Translations under genes and position numbers: made by a program
Notes under the pieces: model-generated
Database searches by the model: none
What the model saw: the letters and a program-made list of their open reading frames with translations, nothing else
What the model was told of the DNA's origin: nothing
Shown here: one piece after another, positions 13,109 through 26,047 of the stretch
Layout of the letters: the number at the start of each line of letters is the position of its first letter
Position numbering within the stretch: the stretch's first letter is position 1
From: Monocercomonoides exilis PA203
Taxonomy: Eukaryota; Protista; Preaxostyla
Direction of reading: 5' to 3'
Length of the DNA stretch: 64,000 bases
NCBI GenBank assembly: GCA_001643675.2
Contig: LSRY02000023.1
Coordinates: 310,001 to 374,000, forward strand

Positions 13109-13250
13109 TCTAATAGCACAATATTATTTTCAACAAGCTTAATTATTCTTATTATTTTTCATTTTTCATTTTATTTCAATGTTTGGGATGTGAATATGAC
13201 ATATTTAAACAAAACGAAAACAACAAAAGTACTAACGACAGATAAGGCAA

Positions 13251-13341
13251 CGTTGAATGACTTGCATCACTTTCCAAAGAGCCAGGAAGGGTAACTGCCT
13301 GGCTGGAAGTGTGCAGTCAAAAATGAATGATTCAATCAACG
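13251..13341. other. GC-rich stem-loop between convergent 3' ends
   Basis: tgac-tgca-cac-ttcc-agccagg pairs with cctggct-ggaa-gtg-tgca-gtca; outer cgttga/tcaacg pair. Confidence 0.65.
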
Positions 13342-13431
13342 TAAATGAAGTAATAATTCCATTAGAAATTTTAAGATGGAGGGGAAAATATTGGTAAAAA
13401 TATAAATGTCTATAAAAAAGGGCTCTTAATG

Positions 13432-16400
13432 TTAAAACTGATTTCCGTATGATCCAATCCCAGCAGAAGCGCCGGAGCTGTTTTGCTGATTCGGCTGCTG
13501 CTGTTTCTGCTGCTCAGAGGAAGAATGAAGCTCTGCCGACTGAATGAACGAGGTCTGTGGGAACAGCAGAGGAGGAGTGTTCAGCTGGGAATTGAATGCC
13601 GAAGCGCTTGGAAAGCACCCACTAATCAGCGGTGGGGTTGTGTTAGAAGAGGAAGAAGAAGATGTAGGGATGGAGGAAGATGAGGAGGAGGATAAGGAAG
13701 AAGAAGACAAAGAAGAAGAAGAAAGATTCCCCATAGCCGAACCGCCGAGCGTCTGAGAGTACAGCGGGGGCGTGGGGACAGTAAAGGACATTGTTGGTGT
13801 GCTGCTGAATGTGTTGAACGAAGGAATGACAGACAGGCCAGGAGGAGTGAAAAAGGGGGTGAAGGAAGACAAAGGAGGAGTGCACAGGTTGAATGAAGAT
13901 GGCGGTGTGGTCAAAGAGAACGGAGGAGTGCGAAACGAAGATGGGTTTCCGAAGAACGCATCGTCAGCAGCAGAAGCAAAAGTTGTGGAAGGATTCGAAG
14001 TTGATGAGGAAGAAGAAGAAGAAATTGAAGAAGATGGCAATGAAGATGAAAGCGTTGGCGTAGCTGAAGTTGAGCCAAACCCGCCATACGGCTGTGGAAA
14101 CATCGAAAGCGATGAATTCCGACTCATTTCAGGTGTTGTTATGCCAGCCACCCCTTCAGAATATCCTGTTCTTCCACTTGAACTCATGCCTCCACTCCCT
14201 GAATAAGATGCATTAGTAACAGCAGCAGCAGCAGTACCAGAAGAAGAAGGAAGAGAAGAAGGAAGAGAAGAAATCGAAGAAGGAACAGACGAAGCAGAAG
14301 GGAAAGAAGAATTGACAGAAGAAGAAGAAGAAGAAGAAGAAGAAGAAGGATATGTCATTTGACCCATCTGCCCTGCTTGCCCCACTTGCCCAAACTGTCC
14401 CATAGCCATTGCATCCAACAAGCACTGCTGATCTGACATTTGCGAACGAGAAGAAGGAACAAACGGTTCAGCACCTGCGTCGAGTGAAGAAAGGATCCCT
14501 GTGTATGATGGGGCAGAAGAGGCAGAAGACGCATAAGCAGCAGCATTCTGATACATCTGGCGATAGGAGGAGAGCAAAGAGAGGGGAGGAAGGGAAGATA
14601 AAGAAGCCAATGAAGTTAAAGAAGGCAAAGAAGACAAGGAAGCCAATGAAGAAGGCAAAGCAACTGCAGGGAGCGTGGAAGGCGCAGCAGAGGGAGGCAG
14701 AAGAGAAGAACCGCATGAAGATGCCATTGAAGATGCTGCTGTTGAGGGAAAAGCAGCAGCAGCAGCAGAAAGAGGAGCATTTGCAGAGGAAGAAGAAATG
14801 CTGGCATTAGCATTGGAATTAGCATTTATATTGGAATTTGTATTGGAATTGGAATATGCATTAGAATATGTATTTACCCTGTCATTTGCCATCTGCAGCC
14901 CCACCGATGCGACAGAAGGAGGGGAGACAGACAAAGGAGAGTGGCGCAGGGCAAACGAAGGAGGATTCGAGAAGAGAGGAGAAGAAGGACGTTGTGGATA
15001 CTTCAGTGTTGTTGTTGAGGTTGGATTTGAGGTTGGATTTGAGGTTGATGATGAAGAAGAAGAAGAAGAAGAAGAAGATGGAGTGTTTCCATTCAATGAA
15101 CAACCTCCAAGTGAAGATGTATTCATAGCCAATGCTTGATTCATCACAGAAGAACAAGAAGATGATGGCAATGATGATGATGATGATGAAACCGGATTCC
15201 TCGCAAATTCCTCCTTTGTTGTGTTTTTCTTCCTCTGTATTGCTTTTTCCTTCCAGTTCGCTCCTCCTCTTTCTCCTCTTTCTCCTTCTCCTTCTGCTCC
15301 TCCTCCTCCTCTTTCTCCTCCATTGCCTTCCAAAGAAGATTCCCCAAACATCTCCTTCTGCTTCGGATGATACTCAAACGGCGTCGCATCTGCATGCAAA
15401 CCGTGCTGCTCTGCTTTTCTGTTTGTTTCTCTCTCATTTCTGTCGTTTCTGTCGTTTCTGTCTCCTTTCTCTTCTCTTCCTCCTCTTCCTTCTCTTTCTC
15501 CTCTTTCTCCACTGCTTCTCTGCTGCTGAACCTGCTGCTGTTGACTCTGTTGTTGACTCTGTTGTTGTTGACTGCATTGACTAATTTGGCTGAACTGTCT
15601 GTGATGGCTCATCAGAATCGAGCTGAGCGTGTTCTTTTGGTGCAATAGCTTGTCAATCTGCCTCTGAATACGCACCATTTGTGCAGTGAGGTTGCTCAGC
15701 TGCTCGGCAGACAGCGGCTCTGAGGCAGAAATGACAGGAGAAGAAGGAGAAGAAGAAAGAGAAGAAGAGGAGGAGGAAGAAGAAGAAGATGATGATGATG
15801 ATGACAGGAAAGAGGATTTTGTTGAGGCAAGCATGGCTTCCAGAGAGGGGTCGGTGAGTGGCTCGTCAGAGGGAAGGGGTAAGGGAGTGAGTCTGAGAGA
15901 AGAGAGAGGAAAAGAAAAGGGAGAAGAAGGAGAAGAGGATGAGGAAGAAGAAGAAGACGATGATGATGATGTGCTCATGTTACTCTTCATAACTTGTCCA
16001 TCTGCTCTGAATGCACAACCAGCAGGGCTTAGCAAAGAATATTCAGAGAATACAGAGGCAGAAAGAGGAGAAAGAAAAGGAAGCAGAGTCTGCTGTGTGT
16101 GCGAGGCATCGGTGGAGACGAAGACACACCACGAGAGGGATGGCTGGGAAGGAGAGGATAAATGCTTCTTCTTCTTCTCATCAGATGAAGAAGAAGAAGA
16201 AAGAGAAGAAGAAGATGATGATGATGATGATGATATTGATGATAGAGAAGAGGAAGAGGAAGAAGAAGAAGAAGAAGAAGAGATAGAAGACAGTGCTCTC
16301 GCAGAAGAAGCAGAGAGGACAGGAAGAGAAGCACTAGCAGAAGAAGAATTAGGTGTGAAGAGCAGAACACCTGATTGGGTGAGGCCGAGGAAGGAGACTG

Positions 16401-19291
16401 AGTAAAGGCCATCTGGAAGAAGAGAAACTGGCTGAAGGGAAATGGAAGGATTAGGAGTTGAGTCTGGTTGTGATGATGAAGAAGAAGAGGAAAAAGAGGA
16501 AGAAGAAGAAGAAGAGGAAAGTGAAGAAGATGAAAAAGAAGAAGAAGAAGATAAAGTTGATTGATTAATAGCATGATTATCAGCAGATTCTCCATTTTTT
16601 CCCATCTTTTTATCCACCACATTCAAAGTGAATATCTGTGTCCTGTTTCCATCTTCTTCTCTATTCTTCACGTTCATATTCCCCTTCCCTTTCATCTCCT
16701 TCTCCTTCTCCCTCTTCATTTCCTTCTTCATTTCCTTCTTCTTCCTCTCATCCTCCTGCTCCAAGGGCGAATAACACGGGAGCGGAAACACAGAAGGCAT
16801 AGAAGGAACAGCCAATCTGTTCTTCTGAGGCAGCTGATGGCTGACAGGCAAAGAGCAACTCCACACACGCAGCCCAGACGCTTCTTCGTCTGAGTAATGG
16901 AGAGGAAGAGAAGGGGCCATTGAGATGAAAAAGGGGGAATTTGAAGAAAGGTGAGTGAGGAGGAGGAGAACGGAGGAGGTGTTGACGGAATCGACTGAGA
17001 AGGTGAGGAATTGGGTTGGCTCTGATGAAGAAGAAGAAGAATTAGATTCAGAATCAGGGTTGTATTCTGATGTTTGTTTGGATTCTCCATTGAAAGAAGA
17101 AGAAGAAGAAGAAGAAAAGGGAGAAGACAAAGAAGAAGCTAAAGAAGCAGAAGCAGAAGAAGAAGTTGCATTATTATTACTATTATTATCAGAAGTGATA
17201 GAGAGATAAGGCAGATGCTGATGTATTGAAGCAGTCTCTATGCAATTGACAGTCGGTGTTTCAGGCGGAGGAGAAGAGCTTCGATAGAAAAAGAACACAT
17301 TTTTATTAGCAGGCGCCTCCTCGTTCTTCTCAGGCAGCGGGCGGGTGATCGTTCTGAATGGAGAAGATTCTGGTGAAGAAGAAGAGGAAGAAGAAGAAGA
17401 AGAATTTGATGATGATGATGAATTCGAATTTGGTGGAGGGACAGACGAGCAGCAGCTGTGCATCTTCCCAGTGCAACCTGCAGACAATTCCACAGAAGAT
17501 AAAGGAGAAGCTGACCTGTGTCGAATACCAGAACACAACTGCTGCTTTTGATTCTGTTGAGGATTCTGTTGTTGTTGTTGTTTCTGACTCTGATTTTGAC
17601 TTTGACTCATCTGCCTCTGCTGATTCCCCAATGAACGCACCTTCCCTTCTTCCCATTTCTTCTTCACTTCACTTTCTGCTTGCTTCTCTGCCTCTGCCGG
17701 AAAGAATGCCATAATCGGCGACAAACGCATCCCACACTCCAAAATCACGTGTGCCGGCGCGGCGCCGGGGCAGATGCGGAAATACGAGCGGATCCCGTTC
17801 ACAGGCGTGACGCCGTCCTCAAAGAAGACAAGAGCAAAGAACCAGCACTGCTGTGCGGATGAGTGGCAATTGGGTGGCAGAGACACAGAAAGAGGCAGCT
17901 TTCGCGCCTCGTCGCACGAGGAAAAGGGCTTTGTGGCGAAGAGCATCACTTTCTCTGTCACTTTCTCTGTCATTTTGTCTGTCATTTTGTCTGTCATTTT
18001 TTCTGCTATTTTTTCCGTTTCTTTGTTTGCTTCTTTGTTTGCTTTGTAATTTTCTTGCTCCTTCCAGATGCCAATCACAAATCCGCCCCATCCGAAGTCG
18101 TGCTGCCGTGTGAAGGCAGAACACGACGCCTCGCTGTTTGTAGCTCTGAAGTGAAAGACCACATCAGTTGTCTCGTTTGGCACTCCACTTTTATACACCT
18201 CAATGCCTGCAGAGGATGATAAAGTTGAAGAAGAAGCAGAAGAAGGTGAAGATGAAGGAGAAGGAGAAGACATACAAGAAGAAGCACAAGAAGAATTAGC
18301 AGAAGACGAACACTCCAGCTCCTTCTGGTCGTTCATTGAGACTCCCTCGACAAGGCGGGCGCGTGCCTTGTGTGCAGCCAGCCGGCGCTGCTCGTCCCGA
18401 AAGAAGCGCTCGTGGCAGTCAGACAGCACTTTCCTGTCCACCCCTATCACACAGTGCAGCTCACGCACCATCCCCACACGCATCAGCCCTTTCTTCGCCA
18501 TCGAGTCCACAAACTGCCCAAACTTGCGGTAGATCGACCTCCCGACATCTATCATAAACGCACTCTTCTTCTTCATCTGCACATAAAGACGAGTAAAAGG
18601 CATTGAAAAGTCTTCCAACCTTCCAATTCCTTGGGTTTCCCACCATTCCAAATACTCATAGAGCGTTTTTTCAAGCCTCTCTTCCATTGTCTGAAATGGA
18701 TAAAACAATGTTAGTTCGGTTGGCTCTCCTTCCAGATTTAGTTCATATGACATTGAACTTCGCTGAAAATTGAACGGGTTCGCAGGATTTCGTGGTGGTT
18801 CCATTTGCGGTGGTCGAGGAGGAGGAAGTGTTGAAATGTTTTGTTGTGATATATTTTTTGTAACAACGTTTGGCGACTTTATATCTGGCATGCTGTGCCT
18901 ACGAGCAACCCAGTATCTTCCAGGCTTGAATTCAGGCGCAGATTCTTCATCTGAACCTCTAGGTTCATGCAAATACCAGCAGTGACTTCCATATCTGCAT
19001 GTTCCATATTTCTTCCACTAGTAGTGAAATTAAAAAAATAAAAATAGACATTTTTCCCAACACAATCCTTCAAACATTTTCGCAAATCTGTTTTGGCTCA
19101 GTATGATCGGCTCTTTCTGAAATTGGTGGATTAAATTGCCCAAATGAATGAGAAGTTCGATGCAATTCACGTTTTCCTAACTGATGATGATTTCGAAATT
19201 GAGAATTCTAGAAAAACACTTTCATTAACTCAAACAAAAATTGCCATACTGCTTCGATTTCATGACTTCCATTGGAACCAGAGATTTGCAT
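13432..19291 (-). CDS. Large putative RNA-binding/translation regulator: CCCH zinc finger, eIF2D-like winged helix, PAM2-like motifs and Ser/Gln-rich IDR
   Basis: Introns 19249-19208 and 19075-19018 give QICENWKKYGTCRYGSHCWYLH (C-x8-C-x5-C-x3-H). Also IDVGRSIYRKFGQFVDSMAKKGLMRV, LHADATPF and LDAGAEPFVP. The terminal exon is ~5.6 kb. Confidence 0.75.
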
Positions 19292-19420
19292 AGAACGATA
19301 AAATTGGAGTTTGTGAATGAAGGTTATAAAATGTCGCTGGAATCTTGATAAAAGTTCGCATTAGTAACTTTAGGGTGTTTTGGTCTGATCATTTTGCATA
19401 TAACAAATTTTTTGGAAAGT

Positions 19421-20564
19421 ATGATCGATGTTTATTATGAAGACGGAAGCTCTAATAAATTCATAACATTAAGTGAAACAAAAGTTGAAGATCTTCTTCA
19501 AAAAATAGCTATTAAAATATCGCTAACTGTCGAAAAAGAAGCTTTTTCTTTATTCGAATCATCAGCACAAATTGGAGTTCAACAAGGTCCTAAAAGATTT
19601 CTCATATATATTAATGCAAATACCTTTTAATTTATGATTGTTTATAACTGTTATTATAGATCATCTACTTACTCCAAATGAAATAGTGCCAACTCCTACT
19701 CAATTCACAAAGCTTCTATTCAAAAGACGCAATTATTTTTCTCTCAACCTAGTTGATCCTATTGCAGTTCATATGACATTTATTCAAGTTTGTGGATGTT
19801 GTTTTTGTGAATTTCTTCATTTGCTTCTTTATTCAAATTTATTTAAAGCTCAGAGAAGATGTACTTCGAGGACATTACGTTCTTGATCAAACAGATTTTT
19901 TAAGACTAGCAGCTCTTGACATGCAAATAACTTTTGGAAATCCATCTGCATCAGGTCGCAAAGCTGGGTTTTTAACGTTTGAAATTGATATCTTTAAGAA
20001 ATTTTTTTTGAAAAAATACAATTATTTTGTTGTAACAGCTCCGCAAATTTGATTCCAAGATTTTTGCCTAAATGGGCAATTCCTGTGAAAAAAGAAGTTG
20101 TTTGGGAGAAACTTATTTTGGATGAATATCAAAGATTGATAGAGAAACCAATCGCACGAGAGTTTGAAGGAAAGGTTAGATACATTGAGGCGCTGCGGTC
20201 CATGGCCTCAGAACAGTTTGGTTGCGTATATTTTGAAGGAAGCGATGTTACACTCCCCAAATCACCACATCCAGCTATCCTTGGTGTGAACAAAGAAGGG
20301 ATATTTCTGTATTGGATCGCAGGAGATGAGAAAGAGAAAAAATCTCAGCCTAATATTCTTGTTCGCTCAAACGCTTTCTCACAAATTATTGGCTGGGCAG
20401 CGCATGTTTCCTCATCAACCTTTGTATACTCGTTGCCTGGACCCGAAGATGGCACAAGTGTGGACTTTAGCTTTGAGTCGCCTCTTTTTGCAGAGATTCC
20501 TTCATTCTGCCAAGAAGTGGTGGATTTTGTCCTCAAGGCAGCAGATCATAATTCAGCCAGCTGA
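19421..20564 (+). CDS. FERM-domain-only protein, 4 exons
   Basis: F1 (VYYEDGS..TKVEDLLQKIAIKI..FSLFE..LLFKRR), F2 (FIQLREDVLRGHY..LAALDMQITFG..FLPK) and F3 (FGCVYF..ILGVNKEGI), joined by three in-frame GT-AG introns. Confidence 0.85.
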
Positions 20565-20927
20565 AACACGAATGTTGAATAAGGATATCAAAGTGGTTTG
20601 AAAGTAGATTTCAGAATTACAAGTTCAATATGATTATGAATGTCCATGTTATTTTGAGAAAAAAAATTGTTTTTGCTTGTTCTCTTAATCTTGCTCAAAA
20701 TATTTTATGTGTTTGGTTATCATTTCTGTTTGTTATATGTTTCCCTTGAAAATATTCGAAATGCACTGAAATCAATTGTCTTTTCAATTTTTCGTTGGTT
20801 CCGAGAAAAAAAGAAAAGCTATCATGAATTAAGCAAGTTTGGCCGCTGTGTTCATATATATGGCAAAAAATGAATTGAGCGAATTGAAAAAAATTATATC
20901 ATCAGCATAAATGGGAATGAAGATTAT

Positions 20928-21803
20928 TTAGCGGCGATATCCCATTGGTTGCTGGAAATCAATGCGCTTATACTCTGGCGCTTGATTGCGAAGTTCTTCT
21001 TCTTTTGGATCGAAGATTTCAATAACATCGGGCTGGATGTACTCTTTGCCATCTTCGTGTTGTCTCTTTGTTGGAAGCATGATCTTGACGCAGATGCCAA
21101 GCATACCCTGTTCCAAAAGAAGATGACGTACAGCAATATCAACCATTTGACGCTTGGGGTCTCCTGATTTGATCATGTAACCGTCGCGGAATTTCATTGT
21201 TTTTCCTCTCTGTCCTCTCAATTTTCCTCCAACACGAACCTCAACACCCTTGGCTTCGTTCTCCATGACGAAACGCAAAATACCATATGCAGCACGACGC
21301 ACTGGAAGTCCACCAGTGATTTTGAAGATCATTGATTCGGCCTGGGCAACAGCAGACAAGGCACGGTTCTTCAGACGATCAGCAAGAAGTCTAACGCCAT
21401 TAACTGGGAATCCCCATCTCTTTTGGATTAATGATGTCAATTCCTGGAGACTATAATTCAATTATTGAACAATAAAATTTAATAATAACTTGATCTCAAA
21501 TCATATGAGAAGAAATATACCGTTTTGCTTGTTCACCGATCAAAGAGGCTGTACGTGTGGCACGGATTGTAATTTCAGTAATCGGTGGAGCAACACGAAT
21601 CTCCAATCCAGAGTATCCTTCCTCAGCAAGCTCTTGGCGGAGGAATGCATTGAGCTCAGCTGAAAAAACACCATCGGCAACGAACTATTTGCATCCAAAG
21701 AATTAATTGTTTTTGTGTTCGATAAAAAAGTCAATATTAAATCTTAAACAATATGATTAATTATTAATTGAACCTTGCGTTTCTTGTTAATTTGTTTGCC
21801 CAT
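20928..21803 (-). CDS. RPS3: 40S ribosomal protein S3 (uS3), 3 exons
   Basis: [25 protein letters not shown]; LSAVAQAES; [26 protein letters not shown]; GKLRGQR; [12 protein letters not shown]. Confidence 0.97.
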
Positions 21804-22058
21804 CTTAATTATTTGATCTGAAAAATCCTTATTTGGCCCATAACCATAGGGAGAAAATTAAACTATTATGAAATGAAAATTTTTTCTTCAAAAGCATATG
21901 GTCAAAATCAGTTGACTATCGAGATGAAAATCTCAAAGGCATTCACGTTCAAAGGGAGATCTCTAAAAATTTCAAGTTTGAGCACAAGTAATCCCAAAAC
22001 AAAATAATCGACTGTGGAATAATTAAATACTTCATCAAAGCGACTCACTAAATGGAAT

Positions 22059-24585
22059 TCAAGAATTATCAAAATCATCCAACAGTTTTTTGCTTCTTCT
22101 CTTGAAAGAATCTTTTTTGTCTTCTGATTCAAATATTTTGAGAATATTCGACTTTATTTTCATTTTTTCATTCTTAACATCCTCCTCCTCCTCATCATCA
22201 TCAAAAATAAGATGCGTTTTTTCATTATCTTTCGCATTTTCATTCAATTTTATGTTTTCTTTTGTGTCATTTTGTTGTAATTTGATTGCTTTGAAAGACA
22301 AAGGAGAAGATAAAGCGTCATTTTTGGGTGTTAAATGGAAGATTGAAAGAGGAGGAAGAGAAGATGTTGGTTTGGGGGGATATGAAGAAGAAGGAAGAGA
22401 AGAAGAAGAAAGAGAAGAAGGAGAAGAAGGAGAAGAAGAAGAAGAAAGAGGAAGAGAGAGAGAAGAAGAAGAAAGAGAAGAAGAAAGAAGAGAAGGGAAA
22501 GGAGGATATGAAAAGGGAGAGGAGGAAGAAGAAGAGGAGGAGAATGGTGATGATGATAATGAGGAGGAAGAAGAAGAAGAAGAAGAAGAAGAAGAACAAG
22601 AACAAGAACAAGAATCAACAGATGTGTTTTGTGAGTGAATGAGTGTGTTGTCATTCAAAGAATCGTCCTGTTGAGAAGCAGAAGAATCGAAGATGAGATG
22701 AGAAGGTATCAAAAGATGTTCTTCTTTTTTTGCTTCGGTTGAATCAGAAGAGGAGAAAGGAGAATGAAATGAAGATGTTGAAGATGGGGGAGGGAAGGGA
22801 GGAGATGAAGAGGAAGAGGAAGAGGAAGAGGAGGAAGAGGAAGAGGAGGAAGAGGAAGAGGAAGAAGAGGAAGAGGAAGAAGAGGAAGAGGAAGAAGAGG
22901 AGGAGGAAGAGGAATAAGAAGAAGAAGAAGGCAATGGAGAGAATGAGGAAGAGGAAGAGGAATAAGAAAATGAGGCTGATGATGAAAGTGGAGAAGAAGA
23001 AAAAGATGATGATGATGATGATAAGGAGGAAGAAGAGGAAGAAAAAGAAGAAGAAGAAGAGAAAGAAAATATGTCTGTTTCTGTTTCTGTTTCTGAGAAA
23101 GAAGAAGAAGTTGAAAAAGAGTCTGAAGAAGGAGAAGAAGAAGAAGAAGAAGAAGAAGAAGAAGAAGAAGAAGAAGAAGAAAAGGAAGAAGAAGAAGAAG
23201 AAGAATAAAATGATGATGATGATGATGGTTGTGCAGGTTGTTTTTCTGAGGGAGAAGATACAAATGGCGCTCTGCAATACACACACGTTTGCTGAAGAGA
23301 GATTCAAAGTTTGAAGATGAATTAGAATGAAATATATGATTTTTGAGAATAGAGAAGAAGAAAAGAAAGAAAAGAAAAGAAAAAGAAAAAGAAAAAGAAA
23401 AAGAAAAAGAATAGAAATAATAATAATAATAATAATAAAATGCCATACGCTCTTCGTCTTCCAAACATCCCAGCATTCTCTGTGGATGCTCTGCCCGCAG
23501 CTGAACCGGCACCACACCGTGTCGCCTTCGGTGAGAGGACAGAAACACACTGGGCAATCACCTGTGTTTTTTTTTTTTTTTTTGATTGATTGATTGTGGG
23601 GATAAAAAGATTGAGAGGGAGGAAGTAAGCAAGACGGACGGATGCAAGGGGGAAGGGAGGCAGGGGGTTGTTGTGATCAAAGTTATTGTTAAGCGAATTA
23701 TCATTAAAAAAATTTTTTGTTATTCAAATCAATGAAAGTTTTGAGTAATGTATGTCAATTGTATTCACAAGAAAACAAACCACTCACTTCGCGGCGTTTG
23801 ACTTCCTTCCGTTCTGGGGACTCATTTGCATCTATCTTACTTTTTTTTGTACTTGCGCTTCGCTTTGAATGTGTCAAAATTTCTCCATCTCCAAGTGTAT
23901 TATTACTTGAATTCGGGTTGAGAAAAGATCTGTCTTCAACATCATTTTTTGTAACATAACCAAATCTTCCTCTCTTTGCGAATGGAACTTGGACATGTGG
24001 ATTTGAATCAGCAGCTTCAAATATTTCTTTAAGTTCTTCTTTTGTCAGGCCTTTTTGATAAACGAATGGGCTTGATTGAGGTTGTTTTAGGACTTTCAGC
24101 ATTACAAACATCTAAATACATATTGCATACAACATGTATATATCTTAGTATATATTTTGGCATACTATGTGCTTACAAGTGTTTCCATTCTCAGCATCAG
24201 GACAATCACAAGTTATAATCTCTCCAATATCAACTGTGTATTCATTTTGTGTCGTTCCAAGAACGCTGTAAGTGCGTTGATGCGGTGAAGTATGAAGAAC
24301 ATTAATGAGATAAAGTTTTTGAGTCATAGCTCTTTCCAGCCTTTTTTGAATATCCTAAATTTCTTAAAAATTTTAACAAATAACTTGACAAAAAATGCAA
24401 ACAGTTGTCTTTCGCGAAACCCATGGAACAATTCTCTTCGATTTTACTTTATGTGTTATTGAATAAGTTGTATCTGAGCTACTTTCAGTTGACGAACTGT
24501 CATCAGATAAATCAATAATTCTTCTCCTATTTTTCTTGTAATTTTGTATTGATTTCTTTGGTTTCTTGTTTTTATATATTTCCAT
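22059..24585 (-). CDS. SWIM zinc finger plus RING protein (MEKK1/ZSWIM2-like SWIM-RING module) with poly-Ser tail, ~5 exons
   Basis: RLERAMTQKLYL; VLGTTQNEYTV; CDCPD..TCKHIMFVMLKVL (SWIM). The RING DCPVCF..CRFSCGQSIHRECW..TCVYCRAPF is formed across intron 23448-23292. Confidence 0.85.
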
Positions 24586-24876
24586 TCAAAATGATACGGT
24601 TTCAAAGCTGAAAATATCTTTTAACAAAAATGATATTTTGCACCCATATAATTTTTCTCTTTTTTGGATCATTACGTTAATGAACGTATTTCTTATATTC
24701 AATACGAGTGAAAGAAATATTGAAACTTCAATAAGTCGTTCATTAAATAAATCAATTCATTTGTCTATTTCGAAATTTATTTCTTATTATTTCGAAATCA
24801 CTTAATGTTTTTAAAACTTTATAAAAAATAAAAAAGATTGTGTTTTCATCACTTGACAAATCATAAATTTTTTTTT

Positions 24877-24922
<46 letters not shown>

Positions 24923-26047
24923 TATTGAAATAGCAAATATGTTTTGTTGTCTTTCAATTAACAAAATGAAATTGTTTGGGATTGTTCTTTGATAACACCT
25001 ATAATTTTTCCATAATTTGAAAATTTTATTTTTCAATATTTTTCATTTTGAGTATTTTCCAACAAAAATTTTTTGATAGAATCAGGTTTTTGATTTGATG
25101 AAGTGAAGCGATTAAAATATAAAACAATGTCATTATTCATAAAATGGATGAGAAAATGAACATCAATCAAAATTATTGTCAACAAACATAAATGTTTTGC
25201 ATATTAAACAAAAAAATCATCATGATCAAAATCAACTGGATTTTCAAAAGAATAATCTTCAGACAATAAATTCATGCTCCAACCAACATTTTTGAAGAAG
25301 TTATTAACAAATAACTTCTGTTGAACAAACTGAAAGAAAAAGGACTATTTTGAATTCTTAACTTATACACTATTTTCATTTTAAACAATATTTATTATTA
25401 TTTTTACACATTATTAAAACTTATTTAAACCTAATTTTGAAAAATCGAATATTTAAATCGAAAAATCGATTTTTCTATAAAAAAGTCAAACATGAAGAGA
25501 AAAATTGTTATCAATGAGACCTGTGATTTTGTGCAATGGAATATGAATGAAAAATAGGCCAAAAAAATGTCGGTTCATGGAAAATTGTGATAATAACTGA
25601 ATTTGTCTATTACCGACGTGATTATTTCAGGCTTTGACCCTAAATTGTGCGTGTAGGTGAAATTTGGTGAGTCGGAATGAGAATAATCAAATTTCATTTT
25701 CACCAGAGAATTAAACAAAAAGAACTCATCAGAAAAATTGAGTTAAAAGTTTTGCAATTGTTTTTTGAAATTTTTTTTAATTTCAAACCAAATCTGTATT
25801 AAGAAACAAACAATGAACAAAATGAAAAAAAAATTGTTTGATAATTCAAAATATGGAGTTTTTTCAATACAAAAAAACATATGATAAGTGGAAACTATCT
25901 ATTTATTATTTTTCTTTTATTATGCAAATATCCAAACTTCACTTTTTCAAAAGTTTTTTCTGAGAAATTGTCTTCTTTCAAATGAAATGAAATAAAAGAT
26001 CATCAAAATATGTTTTAAATTCAAATTTAACAATTGTGCAAATGCGA

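Noticed and set aside
13258-13330. SECIS element (ATGA..AAA..)
   Set aside because: TGAC pairs Watson-Crick with GTCA rather than forming the GA/GA quartet, and neither flanking gene shows an internal in-frame TGA.
22090-23557. Long poly-Glu, poly-Lys, poly-Leu and poly-Phe ORFs overlapping real genes (also at 13483-18600, 43000-46300 and 61400-63900)
   Set aside because: These are shadow frames of stop-poor (TCT/GAA)n and (GA)n repeats.
24868-24921. Poly-T tract as a retroposon poly(A) tail (also the (CT)n plus poly-T run at ~30134-30189)
   Set aside because: No TSD, Pol III boxes or RT remnant is visible, so these are treated as simple repeats.
25140-25355. TAA read as Gln (alternative code as in some oxymonads) giving a hidden ORF
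   Set aside because: Conserved genes here (V-ATPase E, rpS3, UBA52) end at TAA and long ORFs lack internal TAR codons, so the standard code applies.
25690-25735. Hammerhead ribozyme core (CTGATGA..GAAA on the minus strand)
   Set aside because: Stem II and the other flanking helices cannot be formed.
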